This document shows, piece by piece, positions 40,176 through 51,942 of a DNA stretch of 64,000 bases (within the stretch, counting starts at the first letter, position 1; each line of letters opens with the position of its first letter). This stretch comes from Vulcanimicrobiota bacterium. Its GTDB lineage: Bacteria > Vulcanimicrobiota > Vulcanimicrobiia > Vulcanimicrobiales > Vulcanimicrobiaceae. The translations under genes and the position numbers were made by a program. A model generated the notes under the pieces. It did not search any database and was not told the DNA's origin. It worked only from the letters and a program-made list of their open reading frames with translations. Where the stretch lies: NCBI GenBank assembly GCA_963714015.1, contig OY970223.1, positions 2,112,001-2,176,000 of the forward strand, written 5' to 3'.

Positions 40176-40456
40176 GATAGAAGCAGTGCTTTCGGAGATT
40201 AAGTTGATGCAATTCCATTATCCTTGCTTTTGTCAATGGTATCTGTATCAATTCTCTTAACGCGTGAAGCGTGCCGAGATTGTTTTGAAAGCCCCGGACC
40301 TCTCACTGCATTGACGAAATGAAACCGCCTGATGGTTGTGCATCGGCTATCTTTTTTTGGTTCTCTGCAATTATTTTATGATACGTCGCAATTCAATATG
40401 GCACGGCGGCTTCGCCGGGCTCGCCCGTGCTTTCACAAACTCAGCATAACAATCTG

Positions 40457-41831
40457 CTACTGAACCGTCACCGGGATCTTGGCGGAGTTTCCGTTGCCGC
40501 TCTTGTCGGCGATGACGATGTTGCACTTCCCGGCGGCTGCGGCGGTTACCACGAACTCGTTGCCGTTGGGACCCTGCGTCACCGTGGCGATTGCAGCATT
40601 GGAGCTGGTTGCCGTCCACTTCGTTACGCCGCTCTGCGTCACTGTGAGCGTCTGTTGAGCACCCGGACCCGAAAGGGTGACTGTATCGGGAGTCACCTTG
40701 ATCGGCCGCAGAACGAGCACCCCGATTTCCATTCGGCTCGGGCTTCCCGGGTACACCGCTGTGAACCAGACGTTCGAGTCGGGACCGACGATCGTAACGC
40801 GCGGATTCGAGATGCTGTGAAGCGGCGGCGCGTACGCCGTGAATGCGTTCGTCGTGATGTCGTATTGCACGACGTTGCCGCTATCGGCAGACTCCACCGT
40901 ACCAGAGAGTATGCCCGGCTCCGCTCGTCATGTCGCCGCTTACCTCGCCCGCGTAGGCGTTCGAAGGAGGCGTGAAGGCCGTTGGAATGCCGGCCGGCGT
41001 CACTCGCACGATCTTCGTCCCGCAGTCAACCCAAATATTTCCGTCGTTCGCGGCGGTTAGCGCGTTGTCGAATTGGCAGCCGACCAAGGAGGTGAGATTG
41101 TAAAACGTCATGACGCCGGTCGAGGGGACGATAGTGCCGAGCCAAGCGGGATTTATTCCGGCTCCTCCGAGCGTGAACCACAGATTGTGATCGCTGCCAA
41201 GCGCGATGTCGCCCGGACTGGGCTGATAATTCCCGGGATACGGATATTGCGTCACCACGCCCGCCGGAGTAATCATGCCGATGTGATGGTACTCCGTGAA
41301 CCACACGTTGCCGTCGGAGCCCAAAACGAAGCCGCCCGCGGACACGTCGTTGTTCGCATCGCTCGTTCCGATGTCGTAGAGCGAGGCGTGACCTTGTGTG
41401 TCCATAGCGTCGACAGCGCCGCATCCGCCGCTGCAGTTGCCGTTCGCGCTGTCGAAGCTGCCGAAGTAAAATCGTCTATCGGAACCGATCGCCATTCCGA
41501 AATTGGCGTCGCTCATCGTGCCGAGGGCAGGGAATTCCGTCGCCGTGCCGTTCTGCGTGAGGCGAACGATGCCGTTACCGGAAATATCCTCGAACCATAC
41601 GTTGCCGTTGGGCCCGTCGACCAGCCCGTCGTACGTGTACGGAGTCGTGGCTAGGGTAGATGGTTTGAAGGTGACCCACTTGGAACCGCCGCCTATCTGC
41701 TGCACGAGCGGTACCGCGCCGGGGCCCTGGCGGGTCTGGGCCGGGCCGGAGCCGGGCAGCGAACCTGCGCCGCCGCAAGCACTGACGAGCACCGAAAAGG
41801 CAATAAGGCGGGCTATAAAAGATACGCGCAA
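40457..41831 (-). CDS. Virginiamycin B lyase (Vgb)-like beta-propeller lipoprotein with C-terminal Ig-like domain, split by an extra G near 40898
   Basis: Lipobox VSAC; repeats GPNGNVWF, GSDGNVWFTE, GSDHNLWFT, GPDSNVWFT; WTATSSNAAIATV; LWY-G-VESADSG frameshift. Confidence 0.85.
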
Positions 41832-41981
41832 GTGACCGTCCTCCGATGCTTACGCCTTGTCTATGCCGGCCCCGCACTCCTACGCGAGGGAGTAGGCGTT
41901 TAAGCCCACTCATTTCGAATATACCCCATCGCGCGGTGCGAACGCGACTATCTGAGAAGTTCCAACGCTCTACGGTACCAG

Positions 41982-42716
41982 CTAACGAACGTAGCTGCCG
42001 CCGTTGACGTCGATGGTTGCGCCATTGGCGTAGTCTCCCGCTCCGCTGCAGAAGAAGGCCACGATCGAGGCGACTTCGGCGGGCGTTCCGACGCGCCGGC
42101 CGGGAATCTCCGCCTCGATCTCGCTGCGCCGGTTTTCGAGTTCTTCGGCGGCCATCTCGGTGTTGATGAAGCCGGGAGCTATAGAGATTGAGACGATGCC
42201 GTCTTTCGCGCACGAACGCGCAATGGATTTCGTAAGGTTGTTCAGCGCCGCTTTGCTCGCTCCGTAGTCGGCGAAACTCAATTCGCCGCGATGCGACGAA
42301 CGCGAAACGATGTTGACGACGCGTCCGGTTCCCCGCTCACGCATATGTTGGAGCACCAAAAACGTTAGGTTGGCGCAGCCGAATACGTTGACGGCGAACG
42401 TTCGCTGCCACCCGGCCCGCCAGTGCTCGTAGCTGTTCTCGAAGAAGGGGTTGTACTCGAAAATGGCCGCGTTGTTAACGAGCACGTCGATCGAACCAAG
42501 CTGCGCGATGCATCGTTCGACGAGTGCCGGAAGCGCTGCGGAATCCGCGATGTCACACTGCATTGCCGTAACGCCGGAAAGGAACTCCCGGCGCAAGCTT
42601 TGCGCGGCGTCCGCGTTGGTGTTGTACGTGAAGAAGATGCGGTCGCCGGCGGCGTGGAGCGCGCGTACGATCCCGGCGCCGATTCCGCGCGAACCGCCGG
42701 TGAGCAGCACGTTCAT
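41982..42716 (-). CDS. SDR family oxidoreductase
   Basis: TGGSRGIG, NNAA, YGASK, IAPGFINTEM, DVNGG; ATGA overlap with the RES gene. Confidence 0.93.
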   Translation of the reverse strand: MNVLLTGGSRGIGAGIVRALHAAGDRIFFTYNTNADAAQSLRREFLSGVTAMQCDIADSAALPALVERCIAQLGSIDVLVNNAAIFEYNPFFENSYEHWRAGWQRTFAVNVFGCANLTFLVLQHMRERGTGRVVNIVSRSSHRGELSFADYGASKAALNNLTKSIARSCAKDGIVSISIAPGFINTEMAAEELENRRSEIEAEIPGRRVGTPAEVASIVAFFCSGAGDYANGATIDVNGGSYVR

Positions 42717-43381
42717 GCGTTGATGCTCGCGATGGAGGCTACGGCGATGATGCGCTCGCCGTTCCAGCGAAACTGCAGATACTTGTGAATGCGGCAGTTT
42801 TTGATAAGACGCGGCCGAAAAGCGCAGATGCATTCACCGCCCGGGTGGCGGACGCTGTTGTAAACGACGCCGTCGGCTTCGTTTTTTTCATAGATTCCGC
42901 GCGCGTACTCCTGCGAATATTCGTAGGACTTGGGGTCGTACACTTTGGATCGCATCGATTTCGCGCGAACGTCGTCGTAGCGGCCGCCGATGGACGCGCA
43001 GTACATCCGCTTGTCGACGTCGATGCTGGGTTCGTTCGTTGCGCGAAGAAACTGCTCGGTCCAGTACCGCGATTCCGCGATTGCAGTTTCCTCTTCGTGC
43101 CCCGCATAGTACACGCCGTAGCTTCCGTCGGTAAAGCGGCTCGGACCTGAGTAAGCGAACGAAGCCATGATTGGCGTGGCGCCTGGACCGCTCACGGCGT
43201 CCTCAGCGCGCACTTTACGGTAGTCGCCGGCCTCTTCGCGAAGGCGCGGATTGGTGAGTGCCTCGAGCTCGAGCACTGCTTGGAAGTTGCGCGCATTCGT
43301 TATGCGGTCGTACACGCTGACCATCGGATACTTGGAGGCGACGACGCGGTAAGAACGGCTCCAATGCAGAGTCGTCAGCAT
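42713..43381 (-). CDS. RES family NAD+ phosphorylase toxin
   Basis: SYRVV, EALTNPR, SRFTDGSYGVYYA...TAIAES, DP.SY..SQ, GVVYNSVR.PGGEC. Confidence 0.9.
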   Translation of the reverse strand: MLTTLHWSRSYRVVASKYPMVSVYDRITNARNFQAVLELEALTNPRLREEAGDYRKVRAEDAVSGPGATPIMASFAYSGPSRFTDGSYGVYYAGHEEETAIAESRYWTEQFLRATNEPSIDVDKRMYCASIGGRYDDVRAKSMRSKVYDPKSYEYSQEYARGIYEKNEADGVVYNSVRHPGGECICAFRPRLIKNCRIHKYLQFRWNGERIIAVASIASINA

Positions 43382-43785
43382 CCGCGCATCGCATCCAGAT
43401 AACGGCGCACCGCGATCAAGTCTTCGAAACGCCCGCTGAGCATGTACTCCAGCGCGCTGCGGCCTTTGAACAGCGGCGCGTGATTGGGGCGGCGGATCCA
43501 ACCGTCGGCGGCTTCGGGACGCGGCAGCAGGATGTTGAGCGATTTAAAGATGCCGAGCAAATGAGAGATGCGTTCCAGCCCGTCGGGGGAGAGCCTTGCG
43601 GACTCGGGCTGCTTGAGGTACTTGAAGAACGTCGATTCCGGCATTGAGCCGAGCAGCGTGCGCTGCTCGGCTGTAGAGAGCGCCCAGTTCTCGGCAATCC
43701 TTGAAAATGCGTGCAGTGCCGGTCCGCTCAACCGGTTTGTCGCCGCAGGCGGCTCCCGCTCGGCCGTAATCTTGGCTCTCGCCAC
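43375..43785 (-). CDS. Xre/MbcA/ParS antitoxin
   Basis: F.RIAE.W.LS..EQ..LLG, ERISHLLGIFKSL, WIRRPN.APLF.G..AL..M..G....L..VRRYLD. Confidence 0.92.
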   Translation of the reverse strand: MARAKITAEREPPAATNRLSGPALHAFSRIAENWALSTAEQRTLLGSMPESTFFKYLKQPESARLSPDGLERISHLLGIFKSLNILLPRPEAADGWIRRPNHAPLFKGRSALEYMLSGRFEDLIAVRRYLDAMRGC

Positions 43786-43803
43786 GTTGTGAAGTCTCCG
43801 TTT

Positions 43804-43876
43804 ACTCTAAATATAGAGTCACGCACGGGGTCCTGTCAAGATGGGGGAAAATGCCGGAGTACTCTACATTGAGAGT
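43804..43876 (-). promoter_or_regulatory. TA promoter with two ACTCT-N6-AGAGT operators
   Basis: Minus-strand TTGACA (43839-43834), 18 nt, TATATT (43815-43810). Palindromes at 43804-43819 and 43861-43876. Confidence 0.75.
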
Positions 43877-43915
43877 TGGCCGGATGGGCGAACGTTGCCG
43901 AAACGAGTCGCGGGT

Positions 43916-45067
43916 CTATCGCGGGAGCCGCGCGGCAAGCGCGTCGCGGTCGCGCTCCAGCTGCGCGATTTCCGCCTTCGTGCTCGCGTCGGCTGCACTA
44001 TCGGTCTGTCGAATTTCGGAAAAGCGGGCAGCGATGTCGTTCCCGGCCGCGCTATAAGCGGCGACCGTCGCCGCGGCATCGTCGCGAAACGCTTGCGCAC
44101 CCGAGGCGCGCATTGCAGTTACGCGCGAGCGCAAATCGGCATTGACGCCGGAGGCTTCGCGCGGGCTCGAGCCAAGCGGCAGACTCGCCGGAGTTCCTTT
44201 CTGCGCCGCCAGCACGTCGCGCCGCTGTGCAAGGTTCGCCTGCGTGCGCAGCGTGAGCCGGGCGCTCATGGCGGCGACGTCGCTATTTGCCTGCGTCAGC
44301 AACCGTTCGCGGTAGGCCGAGAGCACTCGGGCATCCGCAGCCTGCGCTTGCGCTGCGGCGCGATTCTCGCGAGCCTGCATTGCGGCAAGCTGCGCCCGGA
44401 TCGCAGCGGTTTGCGAGGAGTCCAGGGCTAGTGTCCCTTGCTTGGCGCGCAATTGCAGTCGCGTCGGCGCATCGCGGCGCGCCAGTTCGAGCAGAAGCGC
44501 CGACTCTTTCTCGTTCAGCTCCGCGGCGCGGTACTGATACGCCTGCGTCGTGCGTTCTTGAATCGCGCGCACGAAGGTGGCGTAGGCGCGCTGCTGCTGC
44601 GCGAGCAGCGCGTGCTCGTAGGCGGCCATATCGCCCTGCGCGCCGTTGCGCAATTGTGCGTACTCGGAGCGATAATCCGATTGCAGCCGCTGCTGCACGT
44701 CGGCGCGGCTCGGCGCTGAAGCCGAAGCGGCCGCGAGAACGGCGCTGACGGCGTCATCTTCGCGCGCGGCGTAGGCCGCAGCTTTTTGTGCGATGAGCGA
44801 ATTTGCTCGGCTCGAGTCGGCTGCGACGTCGCGTTTCAATGCAGCAACCGCCGCGTCCACATTGCTCGCGGTGTTTTGGAATGCCGGCGCGCCGAACGTC
44901 GCGCGCAGCGCCGCAATCTGCCGGTCGTACTGCGCGATCGCTCCTCTGAGGACGCCTTGCTCGGAGGCGCTGAGCGGCGCGGCATGCTGCACCGGAGCGG
45001 CGCTTGCAGCGCATCCGGCGAGCACGAGCGTTGCGCACGAGAGGAGAATCTTAAAATTTATGTTCAT
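43916..45067 (-). CDS. Coiled-coil lipoprotein (Ala/Gln-rich, possibly OmpH/Skp-like)
   Basis: Lipobox LAGC; long helical composition; overlaps the tamB stop by 17 nt. Confidence 0.78.
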   Translation of the reverse strand: MNINFKILLSCATLVLAGCAASAAPVQHAAPLSASEQGVLRGAIAQYDRQIAALRATFGAPAFQNTASNVDAAVAALKRDVAADSSRANSLIAQKAAAYAAREDDAVSAVLAAASASAPSRADVQQRLQSDYRSEYAQLRNGAQGDMAAYEHALLAQQQRAYATFVRAIQERTTQAYQYRAAELNEKESALLLELARRDAPTRLQLRAKQGTLALDSSQTAAIRAQLAAMQARENRAAAQAQAADARVLSAYRERLLTQANSDVAAMSARLTLRTQANLAQRRDVLAAQKGTPASLPLGSSPREASGVNADLRSRVTAMRASGAQAFRDDAAATVAAYSAAGNDIAARFSEIRQTDSAADASTKAEIAQLERDRDALAARLPR

Positions 45068-48000
45068 ACATGAAACTCGTTCCGCTGCTTCCGAGCGCCG
45101 GCTGCATCAGCGTGCTGCCGCCGCCGTTGTCGAATCCCAGCAGGTTGTTGCTTTGCGCGAAGCTCAGCAGCGAGGGCGACTGCACGTCATAGAACATCAG
45201 ATTGAAAGCGGTCGACTCGCCATGATGCGCTTCGATGCTCAAACTCTGGCGCTTCGGCTGGGCCATCGTCTCGTCGTAGACGACGGTCATATGTTTTCCG
45301 AACGCCTTGGCGGCGCTAACACCGAATCCGCTGGCGAAGTCGTCCGTGAGCTGCAGATTCTGCAGTCCCAGTGCGGTTCCCAACTGTGCGGAAAGCGGCT
45401 CGAGCATCTCACGCGTAAAGAACGTGTTCACCTCGCCCGAAGCCAGATTTGCGACGGCGGAGTTCGCCGAAAAGTCGCCCGCTCCGGCCAGTGCCGGACC
45501 GCTAGGACCTCCGATACCCGCCAGTAATCCCATGATCTGCTGTTCGTTGTACGGCGGATCCGAATCGAACGCGATGTGGAGATTATCCGGCGCAAGACCG
45601 CTGACGTTGATTGAGACGAACGTGGTCTGCGGAGTGGTCAGAGTCGTCGTGGCAGTTGCGTTTACGAACGGCATAATTCCGTTCGCCGGATCGAACCGCA
45701 CGCGAGCGCTCTGTATGCCGAAGGTGCGGAAGAAGCTCACGGTGCCGCCGGTCGCCTGGAATGCGCCGCGCAGCGTTGGGTCTTGCAGCGTTCCCCCTAC
45801 GGTTACCGCGCCTTGCGCGCCAACGTCAACGTTGGAGCTCTGCACGCGCACGTCGTTACCGACGTGGGCAGTGAGGTTCAAAGCAACGTCCGGCAGCGTT
45901 TTTTTCGGCCCCTGAGGCGCTTTCGGATTCCAGAATGCGGTCAGCGGAATCCGCGCGCTCGGCAGGTCGACTGTTCCAGCGATTGCAGGGGCGGCGCGCG
46001 GCGTCGTGCGCGAGGCGGTGACGTCCGCGTCGATCTTTCCGCGGAAGTACTGCGGACTGTTGAACTGTGCACCTTTGGCGACGACACGCGCGTTGAACGT
46101 CGCCGCCCGGATGTCGCGAACGTTCGGCAAATGGGCGCTGCCGAGCAGATCCATCGTTCCGCCGCCAACGTCGGCATGGACCGCTTGCAGCGCAACCGTC
46201 CTTCCGGAGAAGATCACGGCGCCGTTCATTTTGGAGATGGGATTCTGGTCGATCGGTCCGACGAAATATCCGTTGTGAAGCGCGATTTGTCCGGCGAGCA
46301 GCGGATCGTCGAGCGTGCCGTCGATCGTCATCGCGCCCGTCAGCGTTCCCGCCAAACGAGTACCTTTCGGCAGCGCGCTCTCGAAGTTACTGAAATCTAC
46401 GTTGTCGGCCGCGATCGCCAAACGCACCGGTTTATTTGCGGGATCCAGCTGCACGTGCGGTTTCATCGCAATAGGAACCCAGCCCGAGGCGGTAATCCGC
46501 CCGCGCGCAAACTGAACCAACCCGTTACGGATCTGCACTCGTGATTGGTTCACTGCGACGACTGCGCTGGCTGCCGGGATCGTCAGATCCTTGTACCGGA
46601 GCCGCGTGAGTGCAAGCGTGTCGGTCAATTGCGGATCGGTGCGCGTGCCCTGCACGCGCAGAGTCGTGTCGAGCGCTCCGGTAACCGGCGGCGCTTTTCC
46701 GCTCGCGGAGCGCATCAGCGCACCGACGTCGGGGCTAGTCGCGCGCATCGACAAATCCAGCGGATCGTTTGCGTGCAGGCCGAACGTGCCCGACCCATTT
46801 GCGGTGAGGTACGGAATCTGCACGATCGCTTGCGTGATGCTGCCGTGTCCGCGTGAGGCGCTCAGCGCAAGCTGCGCGCGCTGCAACTGAATTCTGCCCA
46901 CCGTTCCGCGTTCGATTGCCGCATTCGCAGCGATCGTTTCATCGGGAAAGCGCCCGCGAACGGCCGCATGCGCATTGAGTTTGCCCGTCACGGGTGCGGA
47001 ATAGCCCATCATCGGAAGCCATGTAGCCAAATCCAGATTCGAAACGTCTGCGTTCAGATTCGCGTCCGCGTGCGTGGCGAGATCCGCTACACTGTTGAAA
47101 GGCGGAACGGTCACAATCCCTGCCAGCGTGGCGCGGCCGGAATCTCCGCCGACGGCGGCATTCAGCGCGATCGTTTGCCCTTGCGTCTGCCAATTTGCAG
47201 CGGCGTTACCGAGGTCGAAGCGCCGGAATCGGACGCCTTGCAGCGCCACGTTGCCGTTGGTGGCGATAGTTCCGCCGATTTCGCGCGCATCGAGCGCTAC
47301 GCGCCCGGTTCCGGCGAGCGTGTCTCCCGTATCGAAATAGTCGTTGAAGTCGGCGAGGTTCGCGCGCGGCGCGGTCATCGCCGCGCTCATTGCGCCGCGA
47401 GCGGCCGCAGCGTCGAACGCGACGGAAGTAGAACCGATAGCGACATGTCCGTTGCCGATCGTCATGTCTTGCGGCGTACCGCGAAGGTTTGCGCGCATGT
47501 CGCGAAACGCAAGACCGTGCACGGATCCTTCGGGCACGCTCAGATCGCCGTTCACCGCGATCGCTTTGCCGCTACCGCCTACGTGGACGTTCGCATCGAT
47601 GCTGCCTTCAATGTCCTGCTTGGAAAGTTTGGGCTGCGCGATCGCAATCAGCTGATGCGCATCGGCTGCGCGCAGAGTCGCATTGAGGTCGTATTGCGGC
47701 AGCATCGTCCCGGTTCCCAAACGGACGCCCGAGACGTTTCCGTCGATCGCTATAAGCGCGGGGCCGAGTCCGACCATGCCGTCGCGAAGCGTGAGGGTGT
47801 CGCCGCTATAAGCGATCGCGCCTTGCGCATCGATCGGGAATTTGTCGTACATTCCTCGATTCAGCAGCAGCGTTCCGTTCACGTCCGGTGCGGTAATAGG
47901 CCCGCGCACCGTTGCGGCAAAGTCCGCTCGGCCCGCGGTCAGCGGCACGCCGGCGCCGTGGAGCGCCTGCATGTTCAAATTTGCGACGGTCAGCGCCATA

Positions 48001-50091
48001 CCGCGATTGAGCGTTCCCGTGGCGCTCGCGCGTCCGCTTCTAGCGACGAGCGCGCGCGCCGCGTAAACTCGAACGGTCTTTCCTTGAGTTCCGATCGTCG
48101 CGCTCATGCCGTTAATCGGCACGCCGCGCACCGTTGCGTTGGAGAATCGCGCCTGATGAATCTGAGCTACGGCGCGCCCGCCGTCGTATACCAGCGCTAT
48201 CGGCGCATTGACGCTTCCGGTGGCGGGCATGCTTCCGGCAAACTGTGAGAGCGCCGAAAGCGAACCGGCGTAACGCCCCTCCAGCGCGACGTGGTTGGTG
48301 CCGGAGATCGTTCCTGCGGCGTGCAGCGTTCCGAACGAGCCGCGCGCGTTCAGAGACGAGACGCGCACGTCTCCGAGCGTTCCGCCGAAGCGAGCGCTCG
48401 CGTCGGCGATTTCGATCTTTCCATACCTGGCATTCTGAAGATCCGCATCGCCCAGCATGCCGAGCGCTTTGCCCTGCTGCGCTGCAAACACGCTGCCGGT
48501 CATCTGCGCGCTGCCCCGATAATTGATCGGAAAGTTTCGCGCGCTAACGAGGGCCTGCGTAGCGTCGTGCGGGTGATCGATAGCGATCCGTGCATAGAGC
48601 GAGCTTCCCGGCTCGTCCACTTCGAGCGGCCCTGCCGTTCCGACGCCCTGACTGTTCACGTGGAACGTGCCGGCCAGTTGCGAGTCAAAACCGGATCCGC
48701 TCACGACGCCGCGCGTATCGATCTTTTTCAGATTGTCGGCGAATGCGAGAACCGAGCCCTGCAGCTGCATCGACGGCGCGATCGCCGGCGCAAAGGGAAC
48801 GTCGCCGCTCGGCCCTTCCATGCCCGCAAGGATCTCCACCGCGCGCGGACCGGACTGCAGTGAGACGCGGCCTCGAGCATTTACCGAAAGGCGCCGGTAG
48901 CCGACGCTTGCGCTCAGCACGTCGGCCTCTCGTCCGTCGAAGGCGACCAACGCCTGCGGCTCGTTCAGCAGCGTGCCTTTGTAGTTCAGCCTGTCCGGAG
49001 CGTGCGGAAATGAGGACGAGCGGACTTTTCTGAGTGCCTTCGGCAAGCATTGCAAACGCGAGCGGTCCGCGAACCGGCAGGCGCGCCGTCTGAGCCAGCG
49101 CGCTCGTCAGTTGCGATGCATCGCCGCTTCCTTGGATCAGGAAGCGGATGCGCGGATGCGAAAGATCGCTGATTCCGCCGCGCACGCTTACCGGAATGCC
49201 GTTCAAATCGGCAGTGAAATCACCGGTCGTAGCGGCGTCACTGCTTACGTCCAGCCGGCCTTTTCCATCGCGGATCGGCGTGCGCAGCTGCGCAGCGGCG
49301 ACCTTCGCGCCTTCGACGTACGCGCTTGCCGCGAGTTTTCCGTAAAAGCGCACGTCAACACCGGTCAACGCTCCGCCGATCATGCGCATCGCGCGATTGT
49401 TGATGCCGTAGTTCACGATGCGCGGAAGCGGAACGCGAGCCGCGCTCCAGTGCTGCAGGTTCAAACCGCTGCGCTCGTCGATCGTCCCGTTCCCATAGAT
49501 CGGATAACGCCGCGATCCCTCTCGGTAAATAAGCGACGCGACGTACGTCGTACTCGCTGCCGTGTCGACCGACGCACTGAGGTTCACGCGATCGACGTAG
49601 AGGTGTTGTGAGTCGGAATCGACGCGCGTATAGTCTGCGACGCTGACGCGGCCATTCAGGATCCGGGCCGTAAACCAGAGCGGCGATGCCGCGCGCGGAG
49701 ATGCGGCTTTCTTAGCCTGTGACGGAATGTTGTAGGTGCCGTCGCGATTGTGAATGATGGTGACCTGCGGGTCGTAGACCACGATTGAATGCAATCCGAA
49801 GCGGTGCCGGCTCCCCGGCAGAACGTCGCGCAGATCGTAGGTCAAGTCCAATCGCGGGATGTAGGCAATCCGCTGTCCGCGGTGCGAACTTACGATGACA
49901 CCGGTAAGTTCGGCGTGGTTCGAATGAAGCGCGATGCGGCCGAAGTTTATATTCGTTCCGGTGGCCGCGCCGACGATCTTTGGAATGAGCGCGGCAGCTA
50001 CCGTGCCGCGAAAGGCATACGCCAAGCCGGCCACGAGGACCACTACCGCCAAGACCGCGGCGAGCGCTCGCCGCCTGCGCACATACGCCAT
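45051..50091 (-). CDS. tamB: Translocation/assembly module TamB (AsmA-like, C-terminal DUF490), split by an indel near 48994
   Basis: N-terminal TM anchor; about 1680 aa of beta-taco repeats; C-terminal LNLTAHVGNDVRV, GGTL..P.L.G, FDSDPP....I..LL. Confidence 0.88.
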
Positions 50092-50169
50092 GCCGGGGTT
50101 ATGCCCCGGTCTGGAATTATTACGCGGAGTCATTCGGCCCTCGGGGCCTCCGAAGGGTACATGCGCCGC

Positions 50170-51034
50170 ATGGCGAGCGACGATTCGAACAGCGGTAATG
50201 ACGGCGGAGGGAACGTCGTCGCGCTAAGTCCGACCGAGGAGCGGGAGGTACGTAAGCGTTCGGCATTGCGCGCCGCAGTCGTGTTCGAGACGATTCGTCG
50301 AGAAGGTGAATCGGGAGCTCGAACGCGGGCCGGTTGCGCTCGCACTCTCCGGCGTTGCAGCAGGACTTTCGATGGGTTTTTCGCTCGTCGGTTCCGGCGT
50401 GCTTTACGCTTATCTCCCGCCCTCGCACTGGAAGCCGCTGCTGTCGAGCATCGGTTATACGTTCGGCTTTTTGATCGTGGTATTAGGCCGGCAACAACTC
50501 TTCACCGAAAACACGCTGACCGCGATGCTTCCGGTGCTCGACGATCGCGACAAGATCGGTAAGGGCGTGCAAATGATTCGATTGTGGGCGATCGTGCTGC
50601 TCACGAATCTGGCGGGCGCGGCGATCTTTGCGCTGGGCGCATTTCACACGCAGGCCTTCACGCCGGAAGTAAAAGCAGCGTTCTTGCAGCTCGGGCTGCA
50701 GTCGCTCCATCCGACGGTTGCCGAGATTTTTTGGCGGGGCATTCTTGCCGGATGGCTGATCGCTTTGATGGTTTGGCTGTTACCTGCAGCCAACCCGCAG
50801 CGCGTTTGGATCGTCGTCATCATCACGTGGATCGTGAGCGCGTCGGGCTTCAGTCACGTGATTGCGGGCTCGGTCGATGCGCTTTACGCCGTTTGCGCCG
50901 GAGCCTGGCCCTGGACGCTGTATGTTACGAACTTTCTGGTGCCGGTCCTAATCGGCAACTGCATCGGAGGAGCGGGCCTCGTTGCAATTCTCAACTACGG
51001 ACAAGTCGCCACGGAAACGCCCGAGCAGTCGTAA
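50170..51034 (+). CDS. Formate/nitrite transporter family protein (YfdC-like), split by an extra G near 50314
   Basis: FETIRREGE / ELER..ALALSG.AAGLSMGFS, GRQQLFTENT, AGWLIALMVWL, HVIAGS, GNCIGG. Confidence 0.9.
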
Positions 51035-51060
51035 GGCATCCGTTGAACGAATCGACGGTC

Positions 51061-51942
51061 CTACGCCGCGCTCTGAGGCTGCCGAGATCGAATCCGTAGC
51101 CGGTCGCGAATGGCACGGCTTGGAACGCGGACGCGATCCGCGAGACGCAGCAGGTTCAGCAAGCGGATCGTCCACCACGTAAGGTCGATTTCGTACCACG
51201 CCATGCCGTGGCGCGCCGAGTACGGAAATGCGTGATGATTGTTATGCCAGCCTTCCCCCCAGGAAATAAGCGCCACCCACCAAGAGTTCGTGGAACGATC
51301 CGTCGTGCGATACGTCCGATATCCGAACATATGCGTTGCGCTGTTGACCAGCCACGTTGAATGGTAGGCGAGGACCAAACGAACGAAGATTCCCCATACG
51401 ACGAAGGGCCAGCCGCCGGCGGCAAAGAGCAGTGCAGCGAATGCAAACTGCATCGGCAGATGGAGATGAAAGAGCACCCGGTAAAACGGCTCGTTCCATA
51501 AATCGGGACAGTACTTGGCGAAGTCTTCCGTTTTCGGAATGTTCGGGTTCGGCTTGAAGAGCCACTCGACGTGCGCCCAACTGAATCCCTTGCGCGTGCT
51601 ATGCGGATCGCCTTCGCGGTCCGAGTTGGCGTGATGTACTCGATGCGTGGCAACCCAGGTTATGGGGTCTCCCTGAAAAGCGAGCATTCCCAACAGCGCC
51701 ATGAAGTACTCGACCGGCTTACGCAAACGGACGCTGCGATGCGAGAGCGTGCGGTGATAGCAGAGCGTAATTCCCCAGGCCCCCGTGGCATACGCAATGA
51801 TGGCCGCCGCGACCAGCGCCCACCACGAAAAGAGCGCCGGAACCACTGCCGCCGCAGCGCCCAGGTGAATAACTAAAAGGCCGATTCCTGTCGGCCAGTT
51901 CGGTCTAGCATCACGCATGTAGCGCAGATTCCCATTTCTCAC
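51061..51942 (-). CDS. Membrane fatty acid (acyl-CoA/acyl-lipid) delta-9-type desaturase
   Basis: His boxes YHRTLSH, HRVHH, NSATH, GEGWHNNHH; D...DPHS. Confidence 0.95.
   Translation of the reverse strand: MRNGNLRYMRDARPNWPTGIGLLVIHLGAAAAVVPALFSWWALVAAAIIAYATGAWGITLCYHRTLSHRSVRLRKPVEYFMALLGMLAFQGDPITWVATHRVHHANSDREGDPHSTRKGFSWAHVEWLFKPNPNIPKTEDFAKYCPDLWNEPFYRVLFHLHLPMQFAFAALLFAAGGWPFVVWGIFVRLVLAYHSTWLVNSATHMFGYRTYRTTDRSTNSWWVALISWGEGWHNNHHAFPYSARHGMAWYEIDLTWWTIRLLNLLRLADRVRVPSRAIRDRLRIRSRQPQSAA

Noticed and set aside
48960..49020. Programmed frameshift in tamB (and the other split genes)
   Set aside because: No slippery heptamer or stimulatory structure is seen; the many similar indels point to sequencing error.
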